Position numbers and translations under genes: made by a program
Virus record (IMG/VR): IMGVR_UViG_3300007965_000005
Coordinates: 1 to 51,129 of that record
From: a virus
Lineage: Duplodnaviria; Caudoviricetes
Length of the DNA stretch: 51,129 nucleotides
Reading direction: 5' to 3' (one strand)
Part shown: positions 1-8,923 of the stretch, piece by piece
Layout: each line of letters opens with the position of its first letter
Numbering within the stretch: the stretch's first letter is position 1
The notes under the pieces: model-generated
Told to the model about the DNA's origin: nothing
What the model saw: the letters and a program-made list of their open reading frames with translations, nothing else
Databases searched by the model: none

Positions 1-2
1 GC

Positions 3-638
3 GGAGCCACCGAGAACGAAGCGAAGGTCGCACTGGCCAAAGCTCAGGAACTCATGACCCGCCATAACATCGACTCCGCACTGCTCCGCATGGAACGCGG
101 CGAGACCGGCGGCGCAGGCTTCACCGTCAACAAGGGCAAGGTCGATCTGCCGAAGACCCTCAACCCTGCCGACCTGATGATCCTCTCGCTGCTCCAGTCG
201 CATTTCAACGTGAAGACCATCCTGATGCCGAGCGGCAAGGGAACGCCGGTGGACATCATCGGTGCCGCCGCCGACATCGACTTTGCCATCTACGCCTTCA
301 ACTACCTGCGGCAAACCTTCTTCCGCTGTTGGAACGAGTTCAAGCGGACGCGGCCCAATCCCGACAAGGCATCCTACTATCGGGGTCTCCGTGATGGCCT
401 GAACGCCGAACTCAAGGCGGCGAAGGATCGCGCCGAACAATCCTACGGCACCGACCAGCGCCAGGCATACGGACTGGTGGTCGTGGACCAGACAGCGGCC
501 ATCACCCGCTTCGTTGAGGAAAACTACGGCAAGCTCCGCAACCGCAACACCCGCGCCCGCCGCGTGGATTCCAGCAGCTACTACGCCGGGGAAACCAAGG
601 GCCGCACCATCCAGATCAACCGCCCGCTGCCTCAGTAA
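3..638 (+). CDS. DUF2786-domain phage protein, 5'-truncated by window edge
   Basis: Near-identical to 40051..40773, which has the KIRKLLRLA..ENEAKVALAKAQELM signature. Confidence 0.75.
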   Translation, partial: GATENEAKVALAKAQELMTRHNIDSALLRMERGETGGAGFTVNKGKVDLPKTLNPADLMILSLLQSHFNVKTILMPSGKGTPVDIIGAAADIDFAIYAFNYLRQTFFRCWNEFKRTRPNPDKASYYRGLRDGLNAELKAAKDRAEQSYGTDQRQAYGLVVVDQTAAITRFVEENYGKLRNRNTRARRVDSSSYYAGETKGRTIQINRPLPQ

Positions 639-677
639 AACACTCTCCCCCAAACCAAACACCAACCAACTGAAATC

Positions 678-1172
678 ATGGACAAACTATACTGGATCGC
701 CTGCGACGACAAAGACACCACGCTCTTTGAAGGTCGCTATCAAGGCCGCACCCGTGGCGGCGCACTCAAGTTCCTCAAGGACACCCTCGGCCGCAAGAGC
801 CTCAACGGACTGGTCTTCACCATCACCGAAATCCCCGTGCCGCTCATTCGTGAGATCGTCGCGGAAATCCTCGGTGGCAATCTGCCGGCCACCGTACCGA
901 CACCGGCACCCGCGCCAGCTCCACAGGTCGAACATCCCGCCACGCCCGCCGACGCGGCAGAGGCGAAGGTGACGCCATCCAAGGCAGGTCAGCCGACCAA
1001 GGCCAAACCCACCGCCGCGAAAACCGGCAACCCCGGCCTTGGTGACGACCTCTGGACTCAGGCCCGCGCCTTCTGGCAGGAGTGCGGCAGCGTTGCCAAG
1101 ACCGCCGAGAAATTCGGACTGTCGCCCAACTCGATCAAAACCCGCGCCCGCCGCGAGGGATGGCGCAAATGA
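678..1172 (+). CDS. Protein with conserved N-terminal domain, Pro/Ala linker and C-terminal HTH
   Basis: C-terminal SVAKTAEKFGLSPNSIKTRARREGW; paralogues at 8924 and 40813. Confidence 0.75.
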   Translation: MDKLYWIACDDKDTTLFEGRYQGRTRGGALKFLKDTLGRKSLNGLVFTITEIPVPLIREIVAEILGGNLPATVPTPAPAPAPQVEHPATPADAAEAKVTPSKAGQPTKAKPTAAKTGNPGLGDDLWTQARAFWQECGSVAKTAEKFGLSPNSIKTRARREGWRK

Positions 1173-1387
1173 AGGTCGAAGTCACCAGATACCGGAAGCG
1201 CGACGGCTGGCCCACCCGCCATTGGGCGGTGTTCGTGAATGGTGACCTGCTCGCCGTCACGCTCTACCGCAAGGGGGCGCTGGCCGTCGCAGCGGCTCTC
1301 ACCGGCACGAATGACGCTCGCCCTGTCCTGACCCGCGACGGGCAGGGTGAGCCGTCACCGGGAACGGTGCCGCGATCCGAGGCATAG
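1169..1387 (+). CDS. Small hypothetical protein (MKVEVTRYRK...)
   Basis: ATGA overlap with upstream gene; paralogues at 9765 and 41259. Confidence 0.65.
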   Translation: MKVEVTRYRKRDGWPTRHWAVFVNGDLLAVTLYRKGALAVAAALTGTNDARPVLTRDGQGEPSPGTVPRSEA

Positions 1388-1430
1388 CGCGGAAAACCCG
1401 ACGATTCGTTGACACGGCCCGATTGGTGTC

Positions 1431-2069
1431 ATGTTCAACCAATCGACTCCCAAAACCGCCGCGTTCCGCTCACTCGTTCAGAAGCTCGGCACGCTCCACG
1501 CTGAAATCTCCACCCTCGACACTGCAATCCACGAGCGAGACGCCATCCGCGCCCGCATCGGCGATTGCCAGGATGAGTTAGAAGCCCGTAAGCACATGGG
1601 CGACCTGACCCGCGCCGAGGAAACCGTCATCATCAAGCAGGCCCGTCTGCCACGCCAGCAGGCCGAGCTTGCCACGCTGATCGACGAGACTCTGGAGGGA
1701 TTCAACGCCGCCAATGAGGAATGGCGCAAAATTATCGAAGCCACGCCCAAGCAAGCGGCTCAGGCATTCCTTCATCTCCTGCATGCCGCGCAACTCGACC
1801 CGGAAGTCCGTAAGGTCGAACTGGCAAACCCGGTCGTGGTCGATGCCATCCGTCCGCTGGCACTCGCCAGCAAGCAGGATGACCTACGCAACGAAGCATG
1901 GCGGGCCGCCAATCTCACGTCGGATGCACCAAGCCAACGCGTCGCTGGATTGCAGAGTGCGCTCAATTGGCTCGAAAAAGTTCAAGCCGCCCATGCCGAG
2001 GTCGTGGCCGAGGACAAGCGCATGGTCGCCGCCTGCGAAGCATTCCGCAAGGTGCTCGCCAAGGGATAA
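1431..2069 (+). CDS. Helical/coiled-coil hypothetical protein
   Basis: Motif-preceded ATG; diverged homologue at 41519..42157. Confidence 0.75.
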   Translation: MFNQSTPKTAAFRSLVQKLGTLHAEISTLDTAIHERDAIRARIGDCQDELEARKHMGDLTRAEETVIIKQARLPRQQAELATLIDETLEGFNAANEEWRKIIEATPKQAAQAFLHLLHAAQLDPEVRKVELANPVVVDAIRPLALASKQDDLRNEAWRAANLTSDAPSQRVAGLQSALNWLEKVQAAHAEVVAEDKRMVAACEAFRKVLAKG

Positions 2070-2089
2070 CCCGAACGCTCGCCCACGCC

Positions 2090-2599
2090 ATGAACCTGCC
2101 CAACGACATCCGCATCGAGACGTTCCGCCAAACGGTGGAGCGTCTCTCCTTGATTCCCGGCGCACTGCAAACGCTGGCCATCACGCTTCACCGCGCCAAT
2201 GAGCTTCCCGACCTGCTCAAGCAGTGTTCCTGCCGACTCGATGCGGCACGGCTCAGGGAAGAGCAAACCGCCATCGGCTATCCCATGACGCTCCGCATCC
2301 GGCAGGCCCAAATGGAAAGCGAGCTTCGGCAGGGTCTTGTTGATGTCAGGGAGCAACTGCAGGCGGCCATCGCTGCCGCGACCGAGTATGTCGGCATCGC
2401 TGCCGGTGGACCAGACGCGGCGAAGACCTACCCGTTCGCCCGGCGGCACCTGGAGATACTGGCACGGCATCGCGTCATGCCATTCTCCACCGAGAGCGTG
2501 ACGGCTCGTCTCGCCTTCCTCGAATCGGCGTGGCAGGCGATTGATGCCGCCATCGCCTCTCTGTGCGAAATCAGATTTGATGCACAGCGGCGCGCATGA
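2090..2599 (+). CDS. Hypothetical protein
   Basis: Homologous over its full length to 42164..42673; start set by alignment. Confidence 0.7.
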   Translation: MNLPNDIRIETFRQTVERLSLIPGALQTLAITLHRANELPDLLKQCSCRLDAARLREEQTAIGYPMTLRIRQAQMESELRQGLVDVREQLQAAIAAATEYVGIAAGGPDAAKTYPFARRHLEILARHRVMPFSTESVTARLAFLESAWQAIDAAIASLCEIRFDAQRRA

Positions 2600-2624
2600 T
2601 TTGCGGACAGAATATTCTTGCCGA

Positions 2625-2805
2625 CTCATGCTCCGTGCCATGGGATGTCTTCGTCCACTTCGGTGGGCAGGGACTTCAAAACCCTGGTGAGAGCGGTCGG
2701 CATCGACCGCAACGATGCTGCCAAACCGACCAAATGGCCGGGGAGGCAGCGGCGCATGTCCAGGCCGCTACCTCCGGGGAAACGGCTAAAGGCCGTTGCG
2801 GCTGA
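2625..2805 (+). ncRNA. Candidate structured RNA (cis-leader or ncRNA), copy A
   Basis: Five hairpins, UUCG loop, compensatory changes relative to 42700-42878. Confidence 0.6.
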
Positions 2806-2860
2806 CTCTTGCCAGCTTTTGAACTCCCCGTCCACCAGGAAGGACATGATCCGCCTTCCC

Positions 2861-3763
2861 ATGAAATCATCATTACGAATCATCCCGGTCCTGCTCGCCG
2901 CCGCCACTCTGGCGCATTCTCAGGACGATCTCAGTTCGGTTTCGAGTGAGTTTGAAACAGCAACCCCTGCGGAGCCGACCACCGCCCGCATCCTCGGTGA
3001 AATCCCGGACGGCACGCCGCCGCCTCCCTCACCGCCGAAACCCGAGTATGTCATTCCCGCCAGCGACGTTCTCTCCACTGCGACCCACCAACAGGGCGGG
3101 CGCACGATCACCATCCGCGAAATCAAACCCATCGCGTTGCCTCCGCCGCCCCCACCTGCGGAAATCGCCATCGGCGAACCGGACGCCGAATTCAGTGCGC
3201 GCCTCGCAGAATATCGCGAGACCCATCCCAAGAACGAACTGCTGTTCCTCGGTGCCACCGTTTTCCGCTCCAAGGACAGTCCCCCGCGCACGCTGGTCCG
3301 CTGGTGGCCGATGGGCGGAAACGGGACCATCACCTTCTGGTCTTCCGCCGACTTCGCCCTGATCGCCGGTGGCATCAATTCCTTCGCCGACACCGCCGGT
3401 GACTCCCATCACATGTTGATGGGTTGGGGAAACGTGGACATCGACCGCATGGCCGAACTCTACGCTGCCAAAGGCCGGGAATACGATGCGCCGGACCTCC
3501 CCGAGTTCCCTGAAGGCAAGGCCGCCTTTGAAATAGCCGGTGAACGTCAGCCCACTGTTGAAGAAATGGCTGTCATCCAGTCGCTTCATGACCTCTACAA
3601 CAGCGAACTGGAACGGCTGAGAACCGCCTACGAGGGTCGCGAACGCGCCCGCATCGAGCGCGAGGAATATCTGAAGGCAAATCCTCCGCAGCCCAAGGAC
3701 ATCACCCTCAACTTCTGGCGCACGGAAAAACCCGCCGCCAACGGGAAAGGAGAGTCAAAGTGA
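2861..3763 (+). CDS. Secreted Pro-rich partner protein upstream of large secreted protein
   Basis: Signal peptide MKSSLRIIPVLLAAATLAHS; close paralogue at 42934; GTGA coupling to next gene. Confidence 0.8.
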   Translation: MKSSLRIIPVLLAAATLAHSQDDLSSVSSEFETATPAEPTTARILGEIPDGTPPPPSPPKPEYVIPASDVLSTATHQQGGRTITIREIKPIALPPPPPPAEIAIGEPDAEFSARLAEYRETHPKNELLFLGATVFRSKDSPPRTLVRWWPMGGNGTITFWSSADFALIAGGINSFADTAGDSHHMLMGWGNVDIDRMAELYAAKGREYDAPDLPEFPEGKAAFEIAGERQPTVEEMAVIQSLHDLYNSELERLRTAYEGRERARIEREEYLKANPPQPKDITLNFWRTEKPAANGKGESK

Positions 3764-6700
3764 AGCGCTCTCTTCTTGCCCTTTCATCTTGGCTGCTGGC
3801 ACCCGCCGCCTTCGCCATTCTGGACACGAACAGCAATGGCGTCAGTGATTTCTGGGAGAGGGAATTCAACAACGGCAACCTGTTCGATTCATCATTCGAT
3901 CCGCAAGCTGACCCGGATGCAGATGGCTGGACCAACGCCCAAGAAGCGGAGGCGGGCACCAATCCCTTCGATCCCAATCCTCCCGATGGCATGATCCGTC
4001 CCGTCACCGGCCACATCCCTGCGGTGTGGAGCGAACCGGACGAATTCAACGAAATCTATCTCGACAGCCCGGAAACCGTCACCGTCACCTGGCCGACCCT
4101 CGCCGGAAAGCAATACACGCTGTTTTTCTCACCGGATTTAACGCAAGGAAGCTGGCTTCCGGTCGGCAGCCCCTTTATCGCATATGGTGGCGAATCCACT
4201 TATTATTTCGACGTCAATGACTCCGACAAACGCTTCTGGCGTGTCTCTGTCTCTGACGTCGATTCGGACTATGACGGCCTCGCGAATCACGAGGAATTCC
4301 TCGCTGGCACCAACCCCTATGCTGCGGATAGCGATGGCGACACCATTTCCGACTGGCAGGAATTCATGGCTGGCACCAATCCCCTGAATCAGGACACCGA
4401 CGGTGACGGCATCCCCGACCCCCTCGACAGCGACCCTCTGGTCAGCGCGCTTGCCTTCGCTGATGCCGATGGCGACGGCATTCCTGACGCAGAAGATGCA
4501 GCTCCTAACGATCCTCGCGGCCCGGCACCGCACATCGCGACGGAAAACGCTTCCGGCAATCCCCTCAGCAACCTGATCAAGGACGAAACCGTGAAATTCG
4601 TCCTCACGGTCAGCAACCCCGCAGGCCCCGCTCCCACGGCATCCAATCTCGCCTTCTTCCTCAACGGCACCGAGGAAACCGCCACGATCACCGCCATCGG
4701 TAGTCCTATCGGATCCAGCCAACGTTTCCTTCTCACATGGGCGGCCAAAACGACGGCGAACTATCCTACGCTCACCATTCAAAATCTCACTCTCCGCTTC
4801 CGGGATTCGGAACAGGCGACTTCATGGCTCAACCTCGCCCGCATCGACGTGGCGGAGTGGGAAGGGAAAATCATCACTCTGCCGTTTGTATCATCGGAAG
4901 ACTCATGGGGATACCATGTGATGACGCACATCAACGGGATGAAAGTGAATCAGCATTTCGTCGCGAAGAACAGCGGAACAAACATGGTCTATCGCGGGCC
5001 GAAGACCATGAAGGTCATGAATTCGAATGGCGGCGTTTCAGACCTGCTATTGCCGGAACTTGCCATTCCTTACCTGAAAATTTCAGGGTCTCCGGGAAGC
5101 CCTCCCAACGTGGTTGAGCAACAGGACTATGCGGCTCTTGCCACCGGCATGGATGTGGATTTTGTCTTTAACAATGGCAGCGCCAAATCGCTCCAGTTCG
5201 AACTGAGCCAAGCTGGAATCAACGCGACCTTGTCTCCCGGTCAGTCCCACTTCGACAGCGTAAGCCTCGTCGATGCGGTGCTCCCTCTCAACACACATGC
5301 AATCATTCGTTACTTGGACGGCACTGAATGGAAGCCATTCTTCTCTTCCAACTGGCCGGTGGCTTCGCTAGCGGGTGCGAATAGCCGCATCCTGAGATCC
5401 GTTAATGTCCTCACGACTGCAGCAGGCCAGTTGAAGCTTCATGGAGTTACCAACTTCATGGGCAGGGACGCGAAAATCACCCCGCACGCCTCAGGCACCG
5501 TGGAATACCCCGGGCTTCCTCAGGAAAGCGTGACGAGCGAATACGATCAAAAGTACATGGCGATGGGCTCGGAGGAATGGCGGAAAATCGTCATCAAGAT
5601 TTACCCACCGCAGCAGCATTTCACGTATTCCAAAGGATACCGCTTGAACATCGGCACCGGCACAACTGGCAACGCGGCACCACAAACCGGATGGTTGGCG
5701 CAGACGCAGAGCGGCGGCACATTCACCCCACTCACAATTCCGACAGACGGCAAAATCGAAATCCTGGCAACGGATACAGATCTCTATCCACAGCTCACTT
5801 CGCCCGAAGGTCTGGTGCTCTTTATCGAGCGAGACGCAACCGTGGATCAGGCCCACATTCTCAGTCTGGATGTCCTCCCGATTGTCGAAACAAATAACCC
5901 GGTCCGACTTGGGGCGTTGAACATCCTGCCGGTGGAGCTGGTTTCCGACTTAAACAATGACGGGCAGATCACCGCTTCTGACAATCCACCCCGAGTGGCC
6001 GCTTTTGCGAGCGATGCGTCGGAGGCAATTAGGGACGAAGGCACAGAATTTATCTTCCACAACGATCAACTTTCCAACGGCATTTGGGACCAGGAGGATT
6101 CCGATCCCGCCAAACCTGCCAACGAGAAAGACGATGACGATGCAGAGAAAATCATCATCAAACCCCGCATCACAGAGGGAGAAGTTTGGCTCGATCATCC
6201 GGCCATCGGAGGACTTTCCTTCTACAAGACTCGCGAGTGCAACGCGGCAGACAAGGTGAACCTCTCGCCGACCAGTAGATTCAAGGTTTCTTCCTCAAAT
6301 CCATTTCCCGACGAACTCTTCATGCGAGTGGATGGAACCCTAGCCTATCCAGAGGCCAACCCGCAGTTCGAAGGCGACTTGGTTCTAAAAATCAAAGTCG
6401 GTTTCCCTGGCCAAGAAATCGAAGCCGCGAAGATGAAGCTCACTGTGGTGAAGGATTTTGGGGCGGGGAAATATTTTCAAGCAGCTAATGATTATGTCAT
6501 GGAAAACAACACAGAACTGTTTGTCCATGAAAGAGAATATGATTCCGTATTTTTCCGTCTTTGCCTGATGCGTGAAGAAGGAACCTACGTTTTGCCATTT
6601 GAACTTTACGAGCCTGCCCGCGACAATTGGATTCAGGCAGGGATGGTTGGAAATTTCTCAGCATATACCTACCGAGAAGCCGCAGGAATTTCTGAGGTAA

Positions 6701-7467
6701 TGGACCATGACCCGAATATGACAGTGGTAATCAACGGTAACCAGTGTGGTTTTACATCTGGACTTTCATCAGCCGAAGCGGCTGCGATGTCTCTGCTGGG
6801 CGACCCGCAAATCACGGACAGATGTCAAGGGCGCTTGAAAGAATTGAATGCCACCCAAAGCCCAGTTTCCAATGACCATTTTGACGAGAATACAAATATT
6901 CCGGGAACGCAGATGAAAGGAAGCGCATTGGCGGGACCGGACCCGCTGCCAGGGACAACGCCTCCGCAAGCTGGTGGGAAATATGTTGCACAGTATCCAA
7001 ACGGCCAAATCAGCGTTGGTCCTAATTTCGCTCCAGACTTCAGTCCGCCCCCTGACCCTTCATATATGCTGACTCAAATGGGTGGTCTATCCAGCAGTTA
7101 CACAAGTCCTGATCGCAGCAATTACAATAATTCGCTCGTAGGAAACGCTCCAATTGGAAGCTCAGGAAAATTGATGGTTTTTGTTATTATGGGAAAGAAT
7201 GGAGATGTGGGAAAGGGCAAAACAGTTGACCTATACCACTCTGCGGTTGGTTCAGGAGTTCCTCTGATTCCTGGAGCGACAACACCATCAGGCTCATTGC
7301 CGCCTATTACGATGGTGTTCCTCGACAGCGGCGTTACTTCATGCGCCTTGGCTTATAAAAAGCCAAATGGGACTCTAAGCCTTCTCTACAAGGGTTCCAA
7401 ACACAACGGTATGCCTTACTACACTAATACATTCCTTATGTTTCAATCCTCTAAGCCGAGACCATAA
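3760..7467 (+). CDS. Large secreted protein with DxDxDG Ca-binding-like repeats; candidate polymorphic toxin with phosphodiester-glycosidase-like C-terminus
   Basis: Signal peptide; DSDGD/DTDGDG repeats; N-terminal ~190 aa shared with 43830 protein; C-terminal VVINGNQCGF and VFLDSGVTS resemble NAGPA INGGxF / LDGGGS motifs. Confidence 0.7.
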   Translation: MKRSLLALSSWLLAPAAFAILDTNSNGVSDFWEREFNNGNLFDSSFDPQADPDADGWTNAQEAEAGTNPFDPNPPDGMIRPVTGHIPAVWSEPDEFNEIYLDSPETVTVTWPTLAGKQYTLFFSPDLTQGSWLPVGSPFIAYGGESTYYFDVNDSDKRFWRVSVSDVDSDYDGLANHEEFLAGTNPYAADSDGDTISDWQEFMAGTNPLNQDTDGDGIPDPLDSDPLVSALAFADADGDGIPDAEDAAPNDPRGPAPHIATENASGNPLSNLIKDETVKFVLTVSNPAGPAPTASNLAFFLNGTEETATITAIGSPIGSSQRFLLTWAAKTTANYPTLTIQNLTLRFRDSEQATSWLNLARIDVAEWEGKIITLPFVSSEDSWGYHVMTHINGMKVNQHFVAKNSGTNMVYRGPKTMKVMNSNGGVSDLLLPELAIPYLKISGSPGSPPNVVEQQDYAALATGMDVDFVFNNGSAKSLQFELSQAGINATLSPGQSHFDSVSLVDAVLPLNTHAIIRYLDGTEWKPFFSSNWPVASLAGANSRILRSVNVLTTAAGQLKLHGVTNFMGRDAKITPHASGTVEYPGLPQESVTSEYDQKYMAMGSEEWRKIVIKIYPPQQHFTYSKGYRLNIGTGTTGNAAPQTGWLAQTQSGGTFTPLTIPTDGKIEILATDTDLYPQLTSPEGLVLFIERDATVDQAHILSLDVLPIVETNNPVRLGALNILPVELVSDLNNDGQITASDNPPRVAAFASDASEAIRDEGTEFIFHNDQLSNGIWDQEDSDPAKPANEKDDDDAEKIIIKPRITEGEVWLDHPAIGGLSFYKTRECNAADKVNLSPTSRFKVSSSNPFPDELFMRVDGTLAYPEANPQFEGDLVLKIKVGFPGQEIEAAKMKLTVVKDFGAGKYFQAANDYVMENNTELFVHEREYDSVFFRLCLMREEGTYVLPFELYEPARDNWIQAGMVGNFSAYTYREAAGISEVMDHDPNMTVVINGNQCGFTSGLSSAEAAAMSLLGDPQITDRCQGRLKELNATQSPVSNDHFDENTNIPGTQMKGSALAGPDPLPGTTPPQAGGKYVAQYPNGQISVGPNFAPDFSPPPDPSYMLTQMGGLSSSYTSPDRSNYNNSLVGNAPIGSSGKLMVFVIMGKNGDVGKGKTVDLYHSAVGSGVPLIPGATTPSGSLPPITMVFLDSGVTSCALAYKKPNGTLSLLYKGSKHNGMPYYTNTFLMFQSSKPRP

Positions 7468-7476
7468 CATTAGTCA

Positions 7477-8373
7477 ATGAAATCGAAAGCGCTCACGATC
7501 TTGTGCCTTTTCAACTCGCTAATTTGTCTTTCATGCGAAAGGGAAAAGGCAAAACCCATTGCTGAACCTTCTGGATCTGCCAAACCATTGCCAGAGCAAA
7601 CCTCTGTGTCGAATACTGCTTCGCTGTCACTTGAAGTCAAAAGCGGAAGAGGATTCCCGTCGTCTCTTGAAGTTGCATTCGCCGAAATGCGGGCTGGCGC
7701 ACCCAGGATCCCCACTATGCTGAAGTCATGGGGTGATCTTTGGATCGGGCCTTTCGCCGAGCCATTAACGGACAGCGAGGCAATGCAGACCGCTAAGCTC
7801 AGTGAAGGGATACAGATGACAAAAGCACAGGTGCCGGAGACGCTTATGGGGTACCTCCAAAGTGGCCAAACTTTGGAGGGTTTTGACCGTGGATCTCTTG
7901 CGGGAGTATATGGGCTGTATGTGGGATGGCTAAACGATCCTGAAACAAGCGGCCAAGCCTACATTCTGCTTCGGAGACGCTGCAATGAATTACCTCAAAC
8001 ACGAGGTGATGCCATTCTGGCAGTCATAAGTCAGGAATCCATCGATGTTATTGAGCCTCCGCATGAATTAGATGAGGAGGGGAAAGCTGGTTGGAAGGAG
8101 ATTGCTCGTGGGAGGAATCCGATATATCGACAAATAGGGCTTAGGCTTTTTCCTCGATTAACGAGTGATTTCGCCCTGCTAACAGAATTTCTCACAAACT
8201 ATGCGGGAGAATCGGAACCGGTGATCAAGGAACAGGTGTTGGAGCAGATCCTTGCGTTGCCACCTGAAACCAGGAATTCGACCCTCAAACAGTTCGAACA
8301 AGCTCAAAGGGCAAATGGCGATTCTGTCTTCAACGAAAAAATCCGGCAAGCCGTTGATTCTATGCGCAAGTAA
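7477..8373 (+). CDS. Putative lipoprotein, candidate immunity/accessory protein
   Basis: Hydrophobic leader ending LICLSC; 9 nt after the large gene; lower GC. Confidence 0.65.
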   Translation: MKSKALTILCLFNSLICLSCEREKAKPIAEPSGSAKPLPEQTSVSNTASLSLEVKSGRGFPSSLEVAFAEMRAGAPRIPTMLKSWGDLWIGPFAEPLTDSEAMQTAKLSEGIQMTKAQVPETLMGYLQSGQTLEGFDRGSLAGVYGLYVGWLNDPETSGQAYILLRRRCNELPQTRGDAILAVISQESIDVIEPPHELDEEGKAGWKEIARGRNPIYRQIGLRLFPRLTSDFALLTEFLTNYAGESEPVIKEQVLEQILALPPETRNSTLKQFEQAQRANGDSVFNEKIRQAVDSMRK

Positions 8374-8379
8374 ATAGCG

Positions 8380-8697
8380 ATGAGTAATTTCGCGCCCTTG
8401 AATCCGTCCTACGTGAATTCAACTATGGTCACGCAGTTCCTAAGAATCATACTCCTTTTCGGCTCCTTTCTGGTAGAACTACCTATTGGCTATGCGATTT
8501 GGACTGTGACCTCATTTCTGAACGCCGAACGAATTCATGACAAGCTCATGGCAATTGGTGATGCTAGGGAAATAAGCATGGGTGAACGCTTATGGATTTG
8601 GGCGGGATGGTTGCCTTTGTGTTTGTGGATCTTGAGCTTTACTTGGTTTCAGGTTCGAATAGTCGTCGATATTGGGAAGGCAGTCAGAAATAGATAG
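8380..8697 (+). CDS. Small membrane protein with two hydrophobic segments
   Basis: Two hydrophobic stretches; co-oriented; start uncertain. Confidence 0.5.
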   Translation: MSNFAPLNPSYVNSTMVTQFLRIILLFGSFLVELPIGYAIWTVTSFLNAERIHDKLMAIGDAREISMGERLWIWAGWLPLCLWILSFTWFQVRIVVDIGKAVRNR

Positions 8698-8725
8698 CCG
8701 ATCAGTTGCCGGACTCCCCGCCTAA

Positions 8726-8807
8726 ATCTGTTCCCTCGCACCCCGGAATCTGTCCCTGCCGCCGGTCGATCTGTCGCGGATGGCCGGATTTCTGACACGA
8801 TCTGACA
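8726..8807 (+). repeat. Helically phased (A/T)TCTG(T/A) repeats
   Basis: Units at 8726, 8748, 8769, 8790, 8800; related sites at 34929-34959. Confidence 0.55.
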
Positions 8808-8923
8808 CCGGGCTTGCCGGAACATGCCGGGGGATGCGGGACCGGTGAAAAATGACCTTGATAAATGCCTGGATTTGCAGTCATTTGCTGACGCAAGATG
8901 TTGAAAACCAGACGTATAACAGG

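Larger units (their letters stand above)
1..8700 (+). mobile_element. Satellite-like element copy A (left part outside window)
   Basis: 1-~4350 is colinear and highly similar to ~40136-44420 in the att-bounded element C; right boundary approximate. Confidence 0.6.

Noticed and set aside
1409-1436. TTGACA sites as ordinary sigma70 promoters
   Set aside because: No TANNNT at 16-18 nt; that position coincides with the start codons
2717-2800. c-di-GMP-I riboswitch (AAACC..GAAA..GG resemblance)
   Set aside because: The GGGACGCAAAGC junction is absent and the GNRA loop is missing in copy A; left as an unknown RNA
1-4350. Assembly duplication or terminal repeat of 40136-44420
   Set aside because: Copies differ by many synonymous changes, different linkers and diverged genes, indicating distinct related elements
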